The notes: a model not told the origin generated them from the letters alone. 64,000 nucleotides of DNA from Mobula hypostoma (GCF_963921235.1 NC_086109.1:3660001-3724000), one strand, 5' to 3'; counted from the stretch's first letter, positions 1-12,392 are shown. Translations and numbers: made by a program.

Positions 1-367
1 AAATATACACTGCAATTTAGAGGATGCATCAGGTACAAATTTCACTGATACCAGAGTGTTGGGTCTATTTAAATAGAGGGCCTCTCTCTCTGACTGTATT
101 TTCTCATTATACATCAATGAAGTTCATACGTAGGAAATGTTTGTTTGCTGAATACAAAGATAGGGAGGTTAGACTTCAGTTACGGAGATTCTAGGTGAGA
201 GCACCACTGGAGGTCTGCAAACAGTGTCGGTCTCCTTACTTCAGGCTGGTTCTTAATGAAGCTGAAGATGTTCAGAGAAAGTTTACTGGATGGGCATCAG
301 GAATAAATGTTTTTTTTATAGAGAGTGGGTAGGCAGGCTGGGTTTGTACATACTGGTGTTTTGAAAA

Positions 368-1070
368 GTCAAGTCAAGCTTATCGTCATTTAGCTAAATA
401 CATGTGTACCGTCAAATGAGACGTTTCTCCAGACCAGGATCTAAAGCATGGTAGTACACAAAACACACGTATTACACACAATAACTTAGGAAAGTAAGAA
501 TTAAATCTACAAATGAATTACACACAGATAAGCAAAGTAAAGTACAAAAATAAAATATTCTACTGTGTGGAACAAATTAACCGGTGACACTTTGAAGGTG
601 ATGTGGTGGGGAGTTCAGAGCCAAATGGCCTGAGGAAAGAAGCTGTTTGCCTTCCTGACTGTTCTTCTCTTTATGCATCGGAGTCTCCTGCCTGATGGTA
701 GAAAGTCAAAGAGGATGCTGGATGGATGGATGGGATCCTTGATAACGTTAAGGGCCCCGTGTATCCAGTGTTCCTGATAAATGTCTTTGATGGATGGTAG
801 GGACTTCCGACCCGATACTCTGCTGCTCCCAGACCAGATGGAGGTGCAGGACACTCTGAAAGGTGCTTCTATAAAATTCAGTTAAGATGGGGGAGAGCCT
901 CGCTCGCCTCAATCTCCTCAGGAAGTGGAGGCACTGCGGTGCCTTCCTGTTCAGGGAGGTAACACTGAGGGACCAGGTGAGGTCGTCCGTGCTATGACCT
1001 CCTGGGAACTCGGTGCACTTAACTCTGTACGGAGGAGCCATGTATGCGTAGAGGGAGATGGTTCACTGTG
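368..1070 (-). mobile_element. Rex1/Babar-type LINE 3' fragment
   Basis: Minus ORFs 748-1041 and 615-854 give the RT C-terminal signature DDLTWS...FLRRLRRA...FYR and IIKDP.HP...LPSGRR; (CTTGA)n-like tail near 368. Confidence 0.8.
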
Positions 1071-1304
1071 AAATGTGGCTCACACAAGATCCTAAGGGCT
1101 CTGGGCAGGGTGGGTTTGGGAAAGACTGTACCTCTTGTGGGAAAGTCTAGAACCAGGAGTCAATGAAAGGGTCACCCATCTGAGTCAGGGATGAAGTGAT
1201 CTTCTCTCTGAAGGTTGTGAGTTTTGCCCTCATCTCCAAAGATTATATTGTAGTCCCACCACATTCATGCCAACCTTGTTGCCAATACTAATCCAATTTA
1301 CCCA

Positions 1305-2135
1305 TGTTAGGACCAGTAAATCTGTAAAGAAGGTCAGGCAGGAGCAAGGTTATAGACACAATGGGATGGATGGGTTGGATGGGATGGATGGGTTAGATGG
1401 GATAGATAGGTTGGATGGGATGGATGGGTTGGATAGTTTGGATGGGATGGATGGGTTGGATGGGATGGATGGGTTGGATTGGATGGATGGGATGGATGGG
1501 TTGGATGGGATGGATGGGTTGGATGGGATGGATGGGTTGGACGGGATGGATGGGTTGGACGGGGTGGATGGGTTGGACGGGGTGGATGGGTTGGACGGGG
1601 TGGATGGGTTGGACAGCATGGATGGGTTGGATGGGGTGGATGGGATGGACGGGTTGGATGGGTTAGATGGGATGGATGGGTTGGATGGGATGGATGGGTT
1701 GGATAGGATGGATGGGTTGGATGAGGTGGATAGGTTGGATGGGATGGATGGGTTGGACGGGATGGATGGGTTGGACGGGGTGGTTGGGTTGGACAGGATG
1801 GATGGGTTGGACAGGATGGATGGGATGGACGGGATGGATGGGTTGGATGGGTTGGATGGGTTAGATGGGATGGATGGGTTGAATGGGGTGGATGGGGTGG
1901 ATAGGTTGGATGGGATGGATGGGTTGGATGGGTTAGATGGGATGGATGGGGTGGATGGGTTGGATAGGATGGATGGGTTGGATGGGGTGGATAGGTTGGA
2001 TGGGATGGATGGGTTGGATGGGGTGGATAGGTTGGATGGGATGGATGGGTTGAAGTGTGTGTATTTTAATGTCAGCAGTATTTATGGTAAGAGTGATGAA
2101 CCTAGAGCATGAATCACTACCTGGAACTGTGATGC
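1305..2135 (+). mobile_element. CR1 LINE fragment (ORF1-ORF2 junction and endonuclease N-terminus) interrupted by a minisatellite
   Basis: 2050-2135 reads LKCVYFNVSSIYGKSDEPRA*ITTWNCD, resembling the CR1 ORF2 APE start (LKC.YFNARSI..K.DELRAW). Confidence 0.75.
1361..2052 (+). repeat. 9-bp minisatellite (GATGGGATG/GATGGGTTG/GACGGGGTG variants), about 77 units
   Basis: Directly visible tandem array; yields the (DG[LMV])n ORF. Confidence 0.97.
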
Positions 2136-2580
2136 TCAGAATCAGAATCAGGTTTAGTATCACTGGCATACCTGCATGTCGTAAAATTTGTTGTTATGCG
2201 GCAGCAGTACATTGCAAAACATAATTTAAAAACTGTAAATTACAGTAAATATATATATATTAAAAAAGCTAAATTTAAAAAGAGAAAAAAAATAGTGAGG
2301 TATTGTTCATGGGTTCGATACCCATTCAGAAATCTGATGGCAGAGAGGAAGAAGCTGTTCCTGAATCACTGAGTGTGTGTCCTCAGGCTCCTGTACCTCC
2401 TTCCTGATGGTAGCAATGAGAACATGGCATGTCCTGGGTGATGAAGGTCTCAATGATGGAAGGCACCTTTTGAACCATCACTCCTTGAAGATGTCCTGGA
2501 TACAATGGAGGCTAGTCCCCATGATGGAGCTGACCAATTGTACAACTCTCTGCAGTTTACTTAAATCCTGTGTAGTGCAA
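2136..2580 (-). mobile_element. Rex1/Babar-type LINE 3' end
   Basis: cagaatcagaatcaggttt (minus-strand (ATTCTG)n tail) followed by the 3' UTR and ORF end shared with many other copies in the window. Confidence 0.75.
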
Positions 2581-3339
2581 CCCCCACCCCCCCATACCCA
2601 AGGGTTTCAAATACCCCACCCCCCCCATGCCCGAGGGTTTTGAATACCCCGCCCCCACCATGCCACTGAATACCCACTGCCCTGCACGGGTGAGTGTGAA
2701 AGTGAGTTGGTTCCTGTCATGTGAGTCGTGAGTCACTCGTGTGACCCACACACCAGGCATGAACCCTGCTGCACTTCACTTGGTTGGAACATGTGGTTTC
2801 ACTAACCAGCACATCTCACTCCTGCGTTTCTCACCAATGTAGTGTCTGCAGTTGCTCCCAGTATCCATGTTATTTTAATGTGGAAGTAATTTGTCTTTTC
2901 AGATGACCACTGGACCTTGACAGACTCCCGATAATTTTGGAAGGCAATTTAAACCTGTAAATTATTCCATGCATATTTTGAACTATTTGTAAGTGTTTAT
3001 TGTGTGGAATCATGTTGATTTTATGTTACCACTGAGGATTTAGACAAACGAAAGCTCTCCTTCCTCTCCCATAAACCAGCATGGGCCTGCTGTATTTACA
3101 CTATGCATGCATGACATTTGCTTTGCATAATATTACCACTGTGGAAGGTGTGAACAGAATCATGTTGCTTTTGCTGTAGTGTGCTGCTGGAGCAGGGGGC
3201 TGGACTCCCCTGGGGGGGTAAGGAGTTGGTGTTAATGAGCACACTCTGCATCTGGGGCAGATGCTCAGCCTCACTCCCAGCACCACGACATGGACGTGAC
3301 TGGCTCCTGTTCTATTACAGACGTTTAAACCTCTCCGTG

Positions 3340-3563
3340 GTTAACCTCCCGAGGTCCACATACCCACCGCAGTTAACCTCCCGAGGTCCACATATCCACA
3401 GCAGTTAACCTACTGAGCTCCACGTACCCAGAACAGCTAACCTCCCGAGGTCCACGTACCCAGAGCAGTTAACCTCCCGAGGTTCACATACCCACCGCAG
3501 CTAACCTACTGAGCTCCACGTACCCAGAACAGCTAACCTACTGAGGTGCATGTATCCAGAGAA
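3340..3563 (+). repeat. 32-bp minisatellite, 7 copies
   Basis: Unit gttaacctcccgaggtccacatacccaccgca starts at 3340, 3372, 3404, 3436, 3468, 3500 and 3532. Confidence 0.93.
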
Positions 3564-4303
3564 GCATTGGAAGATCATAGATGGAGCAGAATTACCATCC
3601 TTGGTCACCATACTTGCCCCTGTTGTAGGATTAGTGAATTGTTGTTCCATCAACAGCTGAGGTCTGAGCCTGAGATATTTAACAAAAGTTCATATTTTTA
3701 GCGATAATGGAATGCTGACACCTTTTGGCCAAATTAACTCTCAGGACTTCAAACTGGAATTGGAATCGGTTTATTGTGTCACAGGTACCAAGCTAAAGTG
3801 GAAAGCTTTTCTTACATACTGTGTATTCTGATCAAGACATTACACGTTGCATTGAGGCAGACTCTAACAGAATGCAGAATAAAGTGCAATCTTTACAGAG
3901 ATAGTGCAGTGCGATTGAACGGGAAGTGCAAGATCAAAATGAATTAGATGGTGAGGCCAAGAGCCCATCTGTCACACTATGGAGCCATTTTAAAGTCTTA
4001 TATCAGCAGGGTCGAAGCTGTCCTTAAGCCTGATGGGAGGCACTTTCGGGCCTTTGTAACTTCTGCCCAATGGGAGAGGAGAGAAGGGAGAATGTACGGG
4101 CTGTGTGGAGTCTTTGATTATGATGGTACATTGAGATGTACAGACAAAATTTGAACTGTATAGTACAGATATACTCCCCAAGATCTCTCCAAAATGCTCT
4201 GTTCAGTACAATTAATTTACACTTACTCACTGAGCTGTGTGAAATTGCAAATTAGATTTTTATTATCACATGTACTGAGATACAGTAAAATCTTTTGTTT
4301 GTT

Positions 4304-4880
4304 CAAAGTTCGAAGTACATTTGTTTTCAAGGTATTTATACTTTACACAGCTTTGAGATTTGTCTTCTTACAGGGAGCTACAAAACAAAGAAACCCAATA
4401 GAACCCATTAAAAAAAGACCCGTCAAACACCCAATGTGCAGATATAAAATCAAATCATGCAAGCAAAGAAAGTAAGCAAATAACATTCAGAACTGAAGTT
4501 CACGGAAGTGAGTTCACAGCCACGAAGCCGGGCACCATTGTGCTTGATCCATGAGCTCGGTAGTTGTGTCAGCCACAGTCTCAGTTCAGCACAGAGACGA
4601 GTAAACGTCACAGAGACGAGTAAACAGCGCACAGACAAGTAAACACCGCAGAAATGAATAAACGTTGCAGAGACGAGTAACCATCGCAGAGCAGCGAGCT
4701 GAACCAGACCCGATATCCTGACCTTTTCAATCTGGCCCGGCACTTGTCGTTGAAACCTCGGGTCTTGCCTTGCTGTCGGACACGAGTCCTGCCACATCGA
4801 TACACTCTCAGGCCCCGGTTCCACCGCCTCGATTTGGCCCGTACCCAATCTTTCCGATTTGATCGATCGCACTTTCCAGA
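4304..4880 (-). mobile_element. Probable non-autonomous retroelement with a Rex-like 3' tail and an internal 19-21 bp repeat (4588-4700)
   Basis: Starts caaagttcgaagtacattt, like tails at 19903, 29562, 33842 and 36560; non-coding, CpG-rich body; cacagagacgagtaaac repeats. Confidence 0.5.
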
Positions 4881-5077
4881 CAGGTCACTGCATTGGTAAA
4901 TTCACTGAGGTGGTGTGAAAGGACAGTTGCCACTGTGTTACAGATACAGAGAGAGGGCAGTGCAGGTGAACGAGCAAACTTTATATGAGTCTCCAGGGCA
5001 TGGCAACAACGTCCTAGAACTGAGGGGCAGAAGCAGAGAGTAAAATGTTCGAGCTACAGATAGACCCACAGTAACCA

Positions 5078-5240
5078 TAAACTCCAGCGATGCTGGAAAT
5101 CCAAAGCAACACACAAAATGCTGGAGGAACTCAGCAGGCCAGGCAGCATCTATGGAGAGCAATTAACAGTCGACATTTCGGGCCGAGACCTGATGAAGGA
5201 TCTCTTATTTCCTCTCCATAGATGCTGCCTAACCTGCTGA
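5078..5240. mobile_element. Fold-back pair of Penelope-like terminal repeats
   Basis: Arm ...tgctggaggaactcagcaggccaggcagcatctat... followed by the inverted arm atagatgctgcctaacctgctga, with hammerhead remnants at the centre. Confidence 0.7.
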
Positions 5241-5294
5241 ACAGCCATTTATAGTTGTCCAGGATTTGGCTAGTTATTGCAGAGGGAAATAGTA

Positions 5295-5835
5295 TTGCGT
5301 ACAGAAGATGGGATGTTATGTTGAAGTTGTATAAGATATTGGTGAGACCAAATTTGGAGTATTGTGTGCAGTTCTGGTCATCTAATGACAGGGAAGATGT
5401 AAATAAGTTTGAAAGAGTACAGAGGACCTGAGTTATAAGGAAAGATTGAATAGGTTAGGGCTTCATCCCTTGGAACGTAGAAGACTGAGGGGAGATTTGA
5501 TAGAGGTATACAAATTATGTGCTGTGTAGATACAGTAAATACAAGCAGGCTTTTTCCACTGAAGTTGGGTGGGACTATGACTGGAGGTCATGGGTTAAGG
5601 GTGAAAGGTGAAAAGTTTAAGGGGAACATGAGGGGAAACCTATTCACTCAGAGAGTCATGAGAATGTGGAACAAGTGGTACATACGAGCTCGAATCCATC
5701 GTTTAAGAGAAGCTTAGATAGGTACATAGATGGGAGGAGTGTGGAGGGCAAGTCGATGGGACTGGTTAAGTTTAAGTAGTTCAGCAAGGAATAAATGAGA
5801 TGAAGGGCCTGTTTCTGTGCTGTACTTTTCTATGA
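5295..5835 (+). mobile_element. CR1 LINE 3' fragment
   Basis: Typical CR1 C-terminus (LYK.LVRP.LEYCVQFWS; LRGDLIEVYKI; TGGHGLRVKG; FTQRV..MWN) and 3' UTR. Confidence 0.85.
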
Positions 5836-7439
5836 CTCTAAGATCTTGGAGTTAATGACAACGGCTGTAAACTCTGCAAGCCTTATCACAGGATGCTGGC
5901 ATCCAGTTGCCGTTCGTGACTGCTGAGCGGACAGAGGGGAACGGTGCTCTCTGAGCATCGGCAGTGAAGGCCTGGAAGCATGGCTGTCTGAGACAGAGGC
6001 TGCAGTCAGGAACGGGAAGCAGGTCTTTGCAGGACTGAAGTTGGGAGACACTTTGCCACCTGGAGGCTGAGGGTCTGAGTGCCCCCTCTGTGGACTCAGG
6101 TCACTGCTGGACACAGATGGTGATGTTTCCTCTTCAGTATGAGACAGTGAAGATTCATACAGTGCCCATAGATCTAGACTGGCCATCCTCAATCTTCTCC
6201 ATGCCCTCTGATATCAGGCAGTGGCCAGTGTCGGTGCAGATGAAGCCCTATTGTGGTTGAAGTGATGCTGAGGGCAGTTGTGGACGAGGTGTGTAAACAG
6301 AGGAGTCAAGAAAGAATCAGAATCAGGTTTAATATCACTGATTTGTTGTGAAATTTGTTGTTTTACAGAAGCAGTACACTAGAACTAGGGGACTTTGCCT
6401 CAAGATTCAGGGGAGAAGATTTAGGATGGAGATGAGGAGGAACTGCTTTTCCCAGGGAGTGGTGAATCTGTGGAATTCTCCATCCAATGAAGCAGTGGAG
6501 GCTACCTCAGTAAATATATTTAAGACAAGGTTGGATAGTACTTTGAACTTTGAGTAAATATAGAACTTAAACAAGTAAATAGAGCACAAAGAGAGAAAAA
6601 GTAGCAAGGTAGTGTTCATGGGTTTGTCGACTGTTCAGAAATCTGTATCTCCTCCCTGATGATAGTAATGAGGAGAGGGCATGTCCTGGGATATCCTGAG
6701 AATATAATGGGACAGAGAACAGACATTCGGCTCCTGTTGTTGGACGTTTAAGGTGGAACTGAGTCACAGGGGAAGATCACACAGAGGCTCTGAAAGGGAT
6801 TTGTAATCTATGACAGTAAATTGCAGAAGCACTTTGAAGGTACAGGGAGACTGGGTTCTCATTTGAATATATTCCACTAACAAGTGTAACTGATGCAAAC
6901 ACGCCTTAAACCAGCAGCTACAGTAATTAAAGACAAAACCATTGATTCTTCTGACAAGACAACACAGTTACTTTCATCCGCCTGGAGCAGGATTGTGACA
7001 TTTCTCGCACCGTTTCCTCGTGGAGTTACAGAGAAGCACCGCGGTGATACAGACCTTCAGGAAGCCAGTCCATGCCACATTCCCCGCTGACTGCTAACCA
7101 CCCCCCCCCCCCCCACACCGGCACCGGATCAGCTCACATCATGGACTCTTCCTTCCCACTGTGGTTCAATGGATGCACAGGGAGCCGCACCGTAGTCCCG
7201 TGTCACCCCGTAATCCTTTCCCCACACACACCTCCTTGCTCTCCCACTGTCCCTGTTTGCTGTGTCCACGAACACCCAGCTCTATCCCCATTCCGTCGCC
7301 CCCCCACCCCATCCCATCCCTATTTCCCTCTCTTCGCAGCAATCCCACCATGCACCACTCTGATAGTCATCTCCTCACCTCATTATCCATGTGCCAAACC
7401 CCTTTACCTCTCATTCCCATTACCTCACCATCTCCACAA

Positions 7440-7885
7440 TCCATCACCCCACCGTCTCAGTGACCTCTCACTTTCCCTGCCTGTGATCCCTTCACCCTGC
7501 CATCTCGGTGACCTCTCACCTGCCATCTTAGTGACCTCTCATTCTCCCTGCCTGTGACGCCCTCACCCTGCCATCTTGGTGACCTCTCACTTTCCCTGCC
7601 TGTGACCCTTTCACCCAGCCATCTCGGTGACCCCTTCAACCCACCGTCTCAGTGATCCCTTTCACTCTGCTATCCCGGTGACCCCTCACCCTGCCATCTT
7701 GGTGACCTCTCATTCTCCCTGCCTGTGACCCTTTCACCCTGCCATCTCAGTGACCCCTCACCCTGCCATCTCAGTGATCCCTTCACCCTGCCATCTTGGT
7801 GACCTCTCCCTCTCTCTGCCTGTGACCCCTCACCCTGCTTTCTCGGTGATCTTCTCACTCTCCCTGCCTGTGAACCTTCACCCCA
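7440..7885 (+). repeat. C-rich compound minisatellite (ccctcaccctgccatctcggtga and cctctcactttccctgcctgtga subunits)
   Basis: Visible interleaved 21-25 bp subunits. Confidence 0.85.
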
Positions 7886-8772
7886 CCATCTCTATCCGTC
7901 ACTCTCCCAGTCCCCATGACTCCTCAGAGATCATTGGGTCGGGATCTGTGGGTTGAGATCCGTGGGCCAGGGGTCTTTGGGTATGGGGTTATAGAATCTG
8001 GGATCAATGGGGTCAGAGGTTTGTGGGTCGGGGGTTCAGTAGGTCAGGGTGTGCTTCATGTGCTGTGGTATAGTCTGCAGTTCACACGTGGTCCTTATCA
8101 GTCGTCTCAGAACCAGAGGGAAGTGAGTCACCCTCAAGGCCAAGGGATAGGACACAGAGTGAACTTGGGCGACAGCAGGAGGCAGGCAGAACACAGGCCC
8201 AGAGGAACGGTGGTGGAGTGGCAGAGAAGGGAAGTCTTGCGAAGGAAGAAGAGACTGTGTTGGGACATTAGTCCTGATGAACTGCCAGAGAGAAAGGAAA
8301 AACAGGGAGATGGAGATTAAACGGGGAGTTCACATTGGCCTTCGCTATAAAGAATGGCGGAGCAGACATGATAAGCCGGATGGACTGATGCTACTCCTAT
8401 GTCGTGGTCTAAATTTGGAAGCAAGGGGCTGAGGAAAGCTACAACAGCCTGTGGTGTGGGACGGTGTGAAATGCCAGAGTTGTGACTGGCAAGACATCAT
8501 CCCAGCACCTTGACAGTGTTGACTGAGGTTGTTGCCACGCTTTGTACATTTTCAACATTCAGGAGGCTTCCATTAGATTGGGAAATGGCAAATGTTATTA
8601 GTTTGTTCACCAAAGGAGGGAGGCAGAAGGCTGGAAGCTACAGGCCACTGAATTTCTGTCACCGGAAAATGCTGAGAGCTTTTATAAAGATATTATAGCA
8701 AGGAACAGAAAAGTTCAAGGTGATTGGGTAGATTTGAGATGATTTTGTAAAAGGGAAATCATGTTTGACCGG

Positions 8773-9153
8773 TGTATCGGCTGTGTGTGTGTGTTTGTCT
8801 GTATAGTGTGCTTGTGTGTGCAACATTCCTCCAGAATTTTGTGTGTGTAATTTGGATTTCCAGCATCTGCAAATGTTATCGTGTTTGTGTGTATGTGCGC
8901 GCGGTCATGTGCAGGTGTGTCTGTCTGTATCAGAGTGTGGGTGTGTGTCTGTGCTTGTATCTGTGTGTGTGTGTGTGTGTGTGTGTGTCTGTATCTCTTT
9001 TTGTCTATATCTGTGTGTGTCTGTATTGATGTGTGTGTGTGTGTCTGTCTGTATTGATGTGTGTGCCGTGTGTGTGTGAGTGTGTCTGTATCTCTTTTTG
9101 TCGGTACTTGTGTGTGTCTGTGTGTTTGTGTGTGGCTGTATTGGTGTGGGTGT

Positions 9154-9212
<59 letters not shown>

Positions 9213-9225
9213 TGTGTCTGTATCT
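8773..9225 (+). repeat. Compound (TG)n microsatellite among old CR1 fragments (about 8570-9870)
   Basis: Pure TG run 9159-9210 plus degenerate TG; flanks resemble CR1 RT (DWEMANV..LF.KGGRQKAG.YRP). Confidence 0.9.
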
Positions 9226-10184
9226 ATAAGGGTGCCCCCAGTCCAGGCTACAGGTTTACAGTCAGAGGCAGGAAGATTAAAATGGCTCAAAGTGGAATTT
9301 TTCACAACCACAATGAACTGCCAGAGGAGGTGGTGGAGGCGGGACCAGTAACAGCATTTAGGAGTCGAAGAGTCAGAAAACTACAGCACAGAAACAGACC
9401 CTTCAGCCCATCTAGTCCATGCTGAACCATTTAAACTGCTTCGTCCCATTGACCTGCACCTGGATCATAGCCCAGGACACAGTGGCATATGGGATTAATG
9501 CAGACCAGTGGGGTGAGTATAGATGGTCAGCATAGATGCAATGGACTGAATGCTGTACAACTCTGTGACTATAAGGAGCTTTCAAAGGCATAATAAGTGG
9601 GTTGGCTAAGATCTGGGAGTTGCAGTATGATGTGGAGAGATGTGAAACTGCCCTTTATCTAATTGGCGAGAGATTACAGAGCTGTGAAAGGTGTCCCAGT
9701 GTGATCCACAAAAGGCTCACATGCTGGAGAAGTGAGTAATGAGGGAAGCTGACAGAATGTGATCATTTATTATAAAGGGAATTGAATACAAAGGTAGCGA
9801 GGTTGGGCTTCGTTATATCAAGTGTTGGTGAGACCACATCAGGAGTGGATAAACAGTATCAGCCTCCTCACATTAACTAATTCACAGACAGAGTCATTGT
9901 ACTGGAAACAGTTCTGCTATTACTGACCAATACAAGGAACGAGAGGGTTGCCTTTTCGGGTGGACAGGTGAGGTTTCGATGTGCTGGGGTTGAGAAGTGT
10001 GAGAGAGGTGACAACAGGACTGCCTAACTGAGCACCCAGTAATAAGACTGAGGAGAGCATAGGAGCCATACCACAACCAATAGCCAACAGGAGGTCCGGC
10101 TAACTGAGCACCCTGTAACAAGACTGGGGATTATACAGGAGCTCTACCATAACAATAAAGTGACAACAATAATGAGAACGGAGT

Positions 10185-11075
10185 CATAGGTCACTAGCAC
10201 AGAGGACATTCGGCCCATCTAGCCTGTGCTGAACCATTAATCTGCCTAGTCCCATCCACCTACACTTGGACCACAGCCCTCCGTACCCTTTCCATCCACA
10301 TACCGATTGAAAATTTCTCATAAATATTGAAATTGACCCCGGACTACCACTTGTGCTGCCAACTCATTCCACACCCTCACCACTCTGAGTGAAGAAGTCA
10401 CACTTAAACATTTCACCCTTCACCCTTAACCCATGACCTCTGGTTGTAGTCCCACCCAACCTCAGAGAAAAAAGTCTGCTTGCATTTACCCTATCTATAC
10501 CCCTCATAATTTTGTATACCTCTATCAAATCTCCCCTTGATCTTCTATGTTCTAGGGAATAAAGTCTTAACCTGTTCAATTTAGAAGATTGAGGGGGGAT
10601 CTTATTGAAATGTATAAAATTCTAAAGGGATTGGACAAGCTAGATGCAGGAAGATTGTTCCCAATGTTGGGGAAGTCCAGAACGAGGGGTCACAGTTTAA
10701 GGATAAAGGGGAAGCCTTTTAGGACCAAGACGAGGAAGAACTTCTTCACACAGAGAGTGGTGAATCTGTGGGATTCTCTGCCACAGGAAACAGTTGAGGC
10801 CAGTTCATTGGCTATATTTAAGAGGGAGTTAGATATGGCCCTTGTGGCTACGGGGGTCAGGGGGTATGGAGGGAAGGCTGGGGTGGGGTTCTGAGTTGGA
10901 TGATCAGCCATGATCATAATAAATGGCGGTGCAGGCTCGAAGGGCCGAATGGCCTACTCCTGCACCTATTTTCTATGTTTCTATGTTTCCCTATAACTCA
11001 GGTTCTCCAGAGCCAGCATCATGCTTGTAAATTTTCTCTGTACTCTTTCCATCTTATATCTTTCCTATAGGTAGA
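10185..11075 (-). mobile_element. CR1 3' fragment (host of a nested insertion)
   Basis: Minus ORF 10364-10579 NRLRLYSLEHRRSRGDLIEVYKIMRG; the element resumes after 10988 (ccctataactcagg). Confidence 0.85.
10582..10988 (+). mobile_element. Younger CR1 3' fragment inserted into the antisense CR1
   Basis: Open frame RGDLIEMYKILKGLD...FFTQRVVNLW; ends in an 8-bp (ttctatgt) repeat tail typical of CR1. Confidence 0.9.
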
Positions 11076-11546
11076 ATCAGGTTTAATATCACCGGCATAT
11101 GTCATGCAATTTGTTAACTTTCCGACAGCAGTACAATGCAATACATGATAAATACAGAAAAACTGTACTACAGTAATTAATTTTGTACGTATATTAAATA
11201 GTTAAGTTAAAATAAGCAGTACAAAGACAGAAATAAAAAACAGTAGTGAGGTAGTGTTCGTGGTGGATGATCAAGATTGCTCGGAATCGTCCAAACGTGC
11301 TGAGGAAAGCGAGGGCCAGGAAGGTGAAGCTGTGTGTCAAAGAGCCACCATAAGCTTTATTATCACTGACTTATGACATGAAATTTGTTGTTTTGCAGCA
11401 ACAGTACAGTGCAGACATAAAATACTTGTCAATTACAAAACAGATAAGTACAAAGTGCAAAAGAAAGGAATAACAGGGTATTGTTCATGGGTTCCTGGGT
11501 CGCTGTGACAGGGAGCAGTGTGGTTTTGACCTCCTGTGGCTGAACG

Positions 11547-11900
11547 TAAGCACAAGAGATTCAGCAGGTGCTGGAGATCTAGAGCAACACACACAAAGTG
11601 CTGGAGGAAGTCAGCAGGCCAGGCAGCATCTACAAACGGGAGAACATCTACAGATGCTGGAAATCCAAGCAAAACACTCAAAGTGCTGGAGGAACTCTGC
11701 AGGCCAGGCAGCATCTTTGAAAAGAGTAAACAGTCAATGTTCTGGCCCGAGACACTTCATCAGGACTCATGAAGGGTCTTGACCCGAAACGCGACTGTTG
11801 AGTTCCTCCAGCATTTTGTGCAGGCAGCCTCTATGGAGGGGAATCAACAGTTGCCATTTATTGTTTACTAAACAGTTGATGCTGAGACCCTTCATTGGGA
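11547..11900. mobile_element. Cluster of tandem and inverted Penelope-like terminal repeats
   Basis: Two tandem arms (11549, 11641), head-to-head hammerhead remnants 11731-11797, an inverted arm to 11822, then another partial arm. Confidence 0.7.
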
Positions 11901-11904
11901 GAGC

Positions 11905-12392
11905 ATCTTATCTGTCTACATCACCATCTTGTAGGAGGGGTGGGGGGCCACTGCACGGGATCGAAATAAGCTGCAGAGTTGTAAACTCAGTCAGCTCCAT
12001 CATGAGCACTAGCCTCAGTCATATCCAGGACATCTTCAAACAGCGATGCCCCAAAAAGGCAGCATCCATCATCAAGGACCCTAATCACAAAGGACATTCC
12101 TTATTCTCTTTGCAACCATCAGGAAGGAGGTACAGAAGCCTGAAGGCACACACTGAACTGAGGAACAGCTTCTTCCCCTCTGCCATCTGATTTCTGAATG
12201 GACGTTGAACCCATGAACACTCCCTCACTGCTTTTTTTATTTCTATTTTTGCACTACTTATTTAATTTAACTTTACATACTTACTGTAATTCAGTTTATT
12301 TTTCTCTTATATTGTATTGCAATATGCTACTGATGCGAAGACATCAAATTTCATGATAAATGCTGGAGATATTAAACCTGATTCTGATTCTG
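11905..12392 (+). mobile_element. Rex1/Babar-type LINE 3' fragment
   Basis: RVVNSVSSIM...KKAASIIKDP.H.GHSLFSL.PSGRRYRSL; (attctg)n tail at 12381-12392. Confidence 0.85.

Noticed and set aside
1267..2112. 281-aa collagen-like (DGL/DGM)n ORF as a real gene
   Set aside because: Explained by the 9-bp repeat; no splice or promoter context, and it ends in a decayed CR1 endonuclease with a stop.
3340..3563. CRISPR-like 32-bp repeats
   Set aside because: Units abut with no unique spacers, there are no cas genes and the context is eukaryotic.
5830..6192. 120-aa Ser/Pro-rich minus ORF
   Set aside because: No recognisable domain, no convincing splice sites, antisense to the host gene.
8715..9425. Thr/His- and Cys/Val-rich ORFs
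   Set aside because: Translations of the (TG)n microsatellite.
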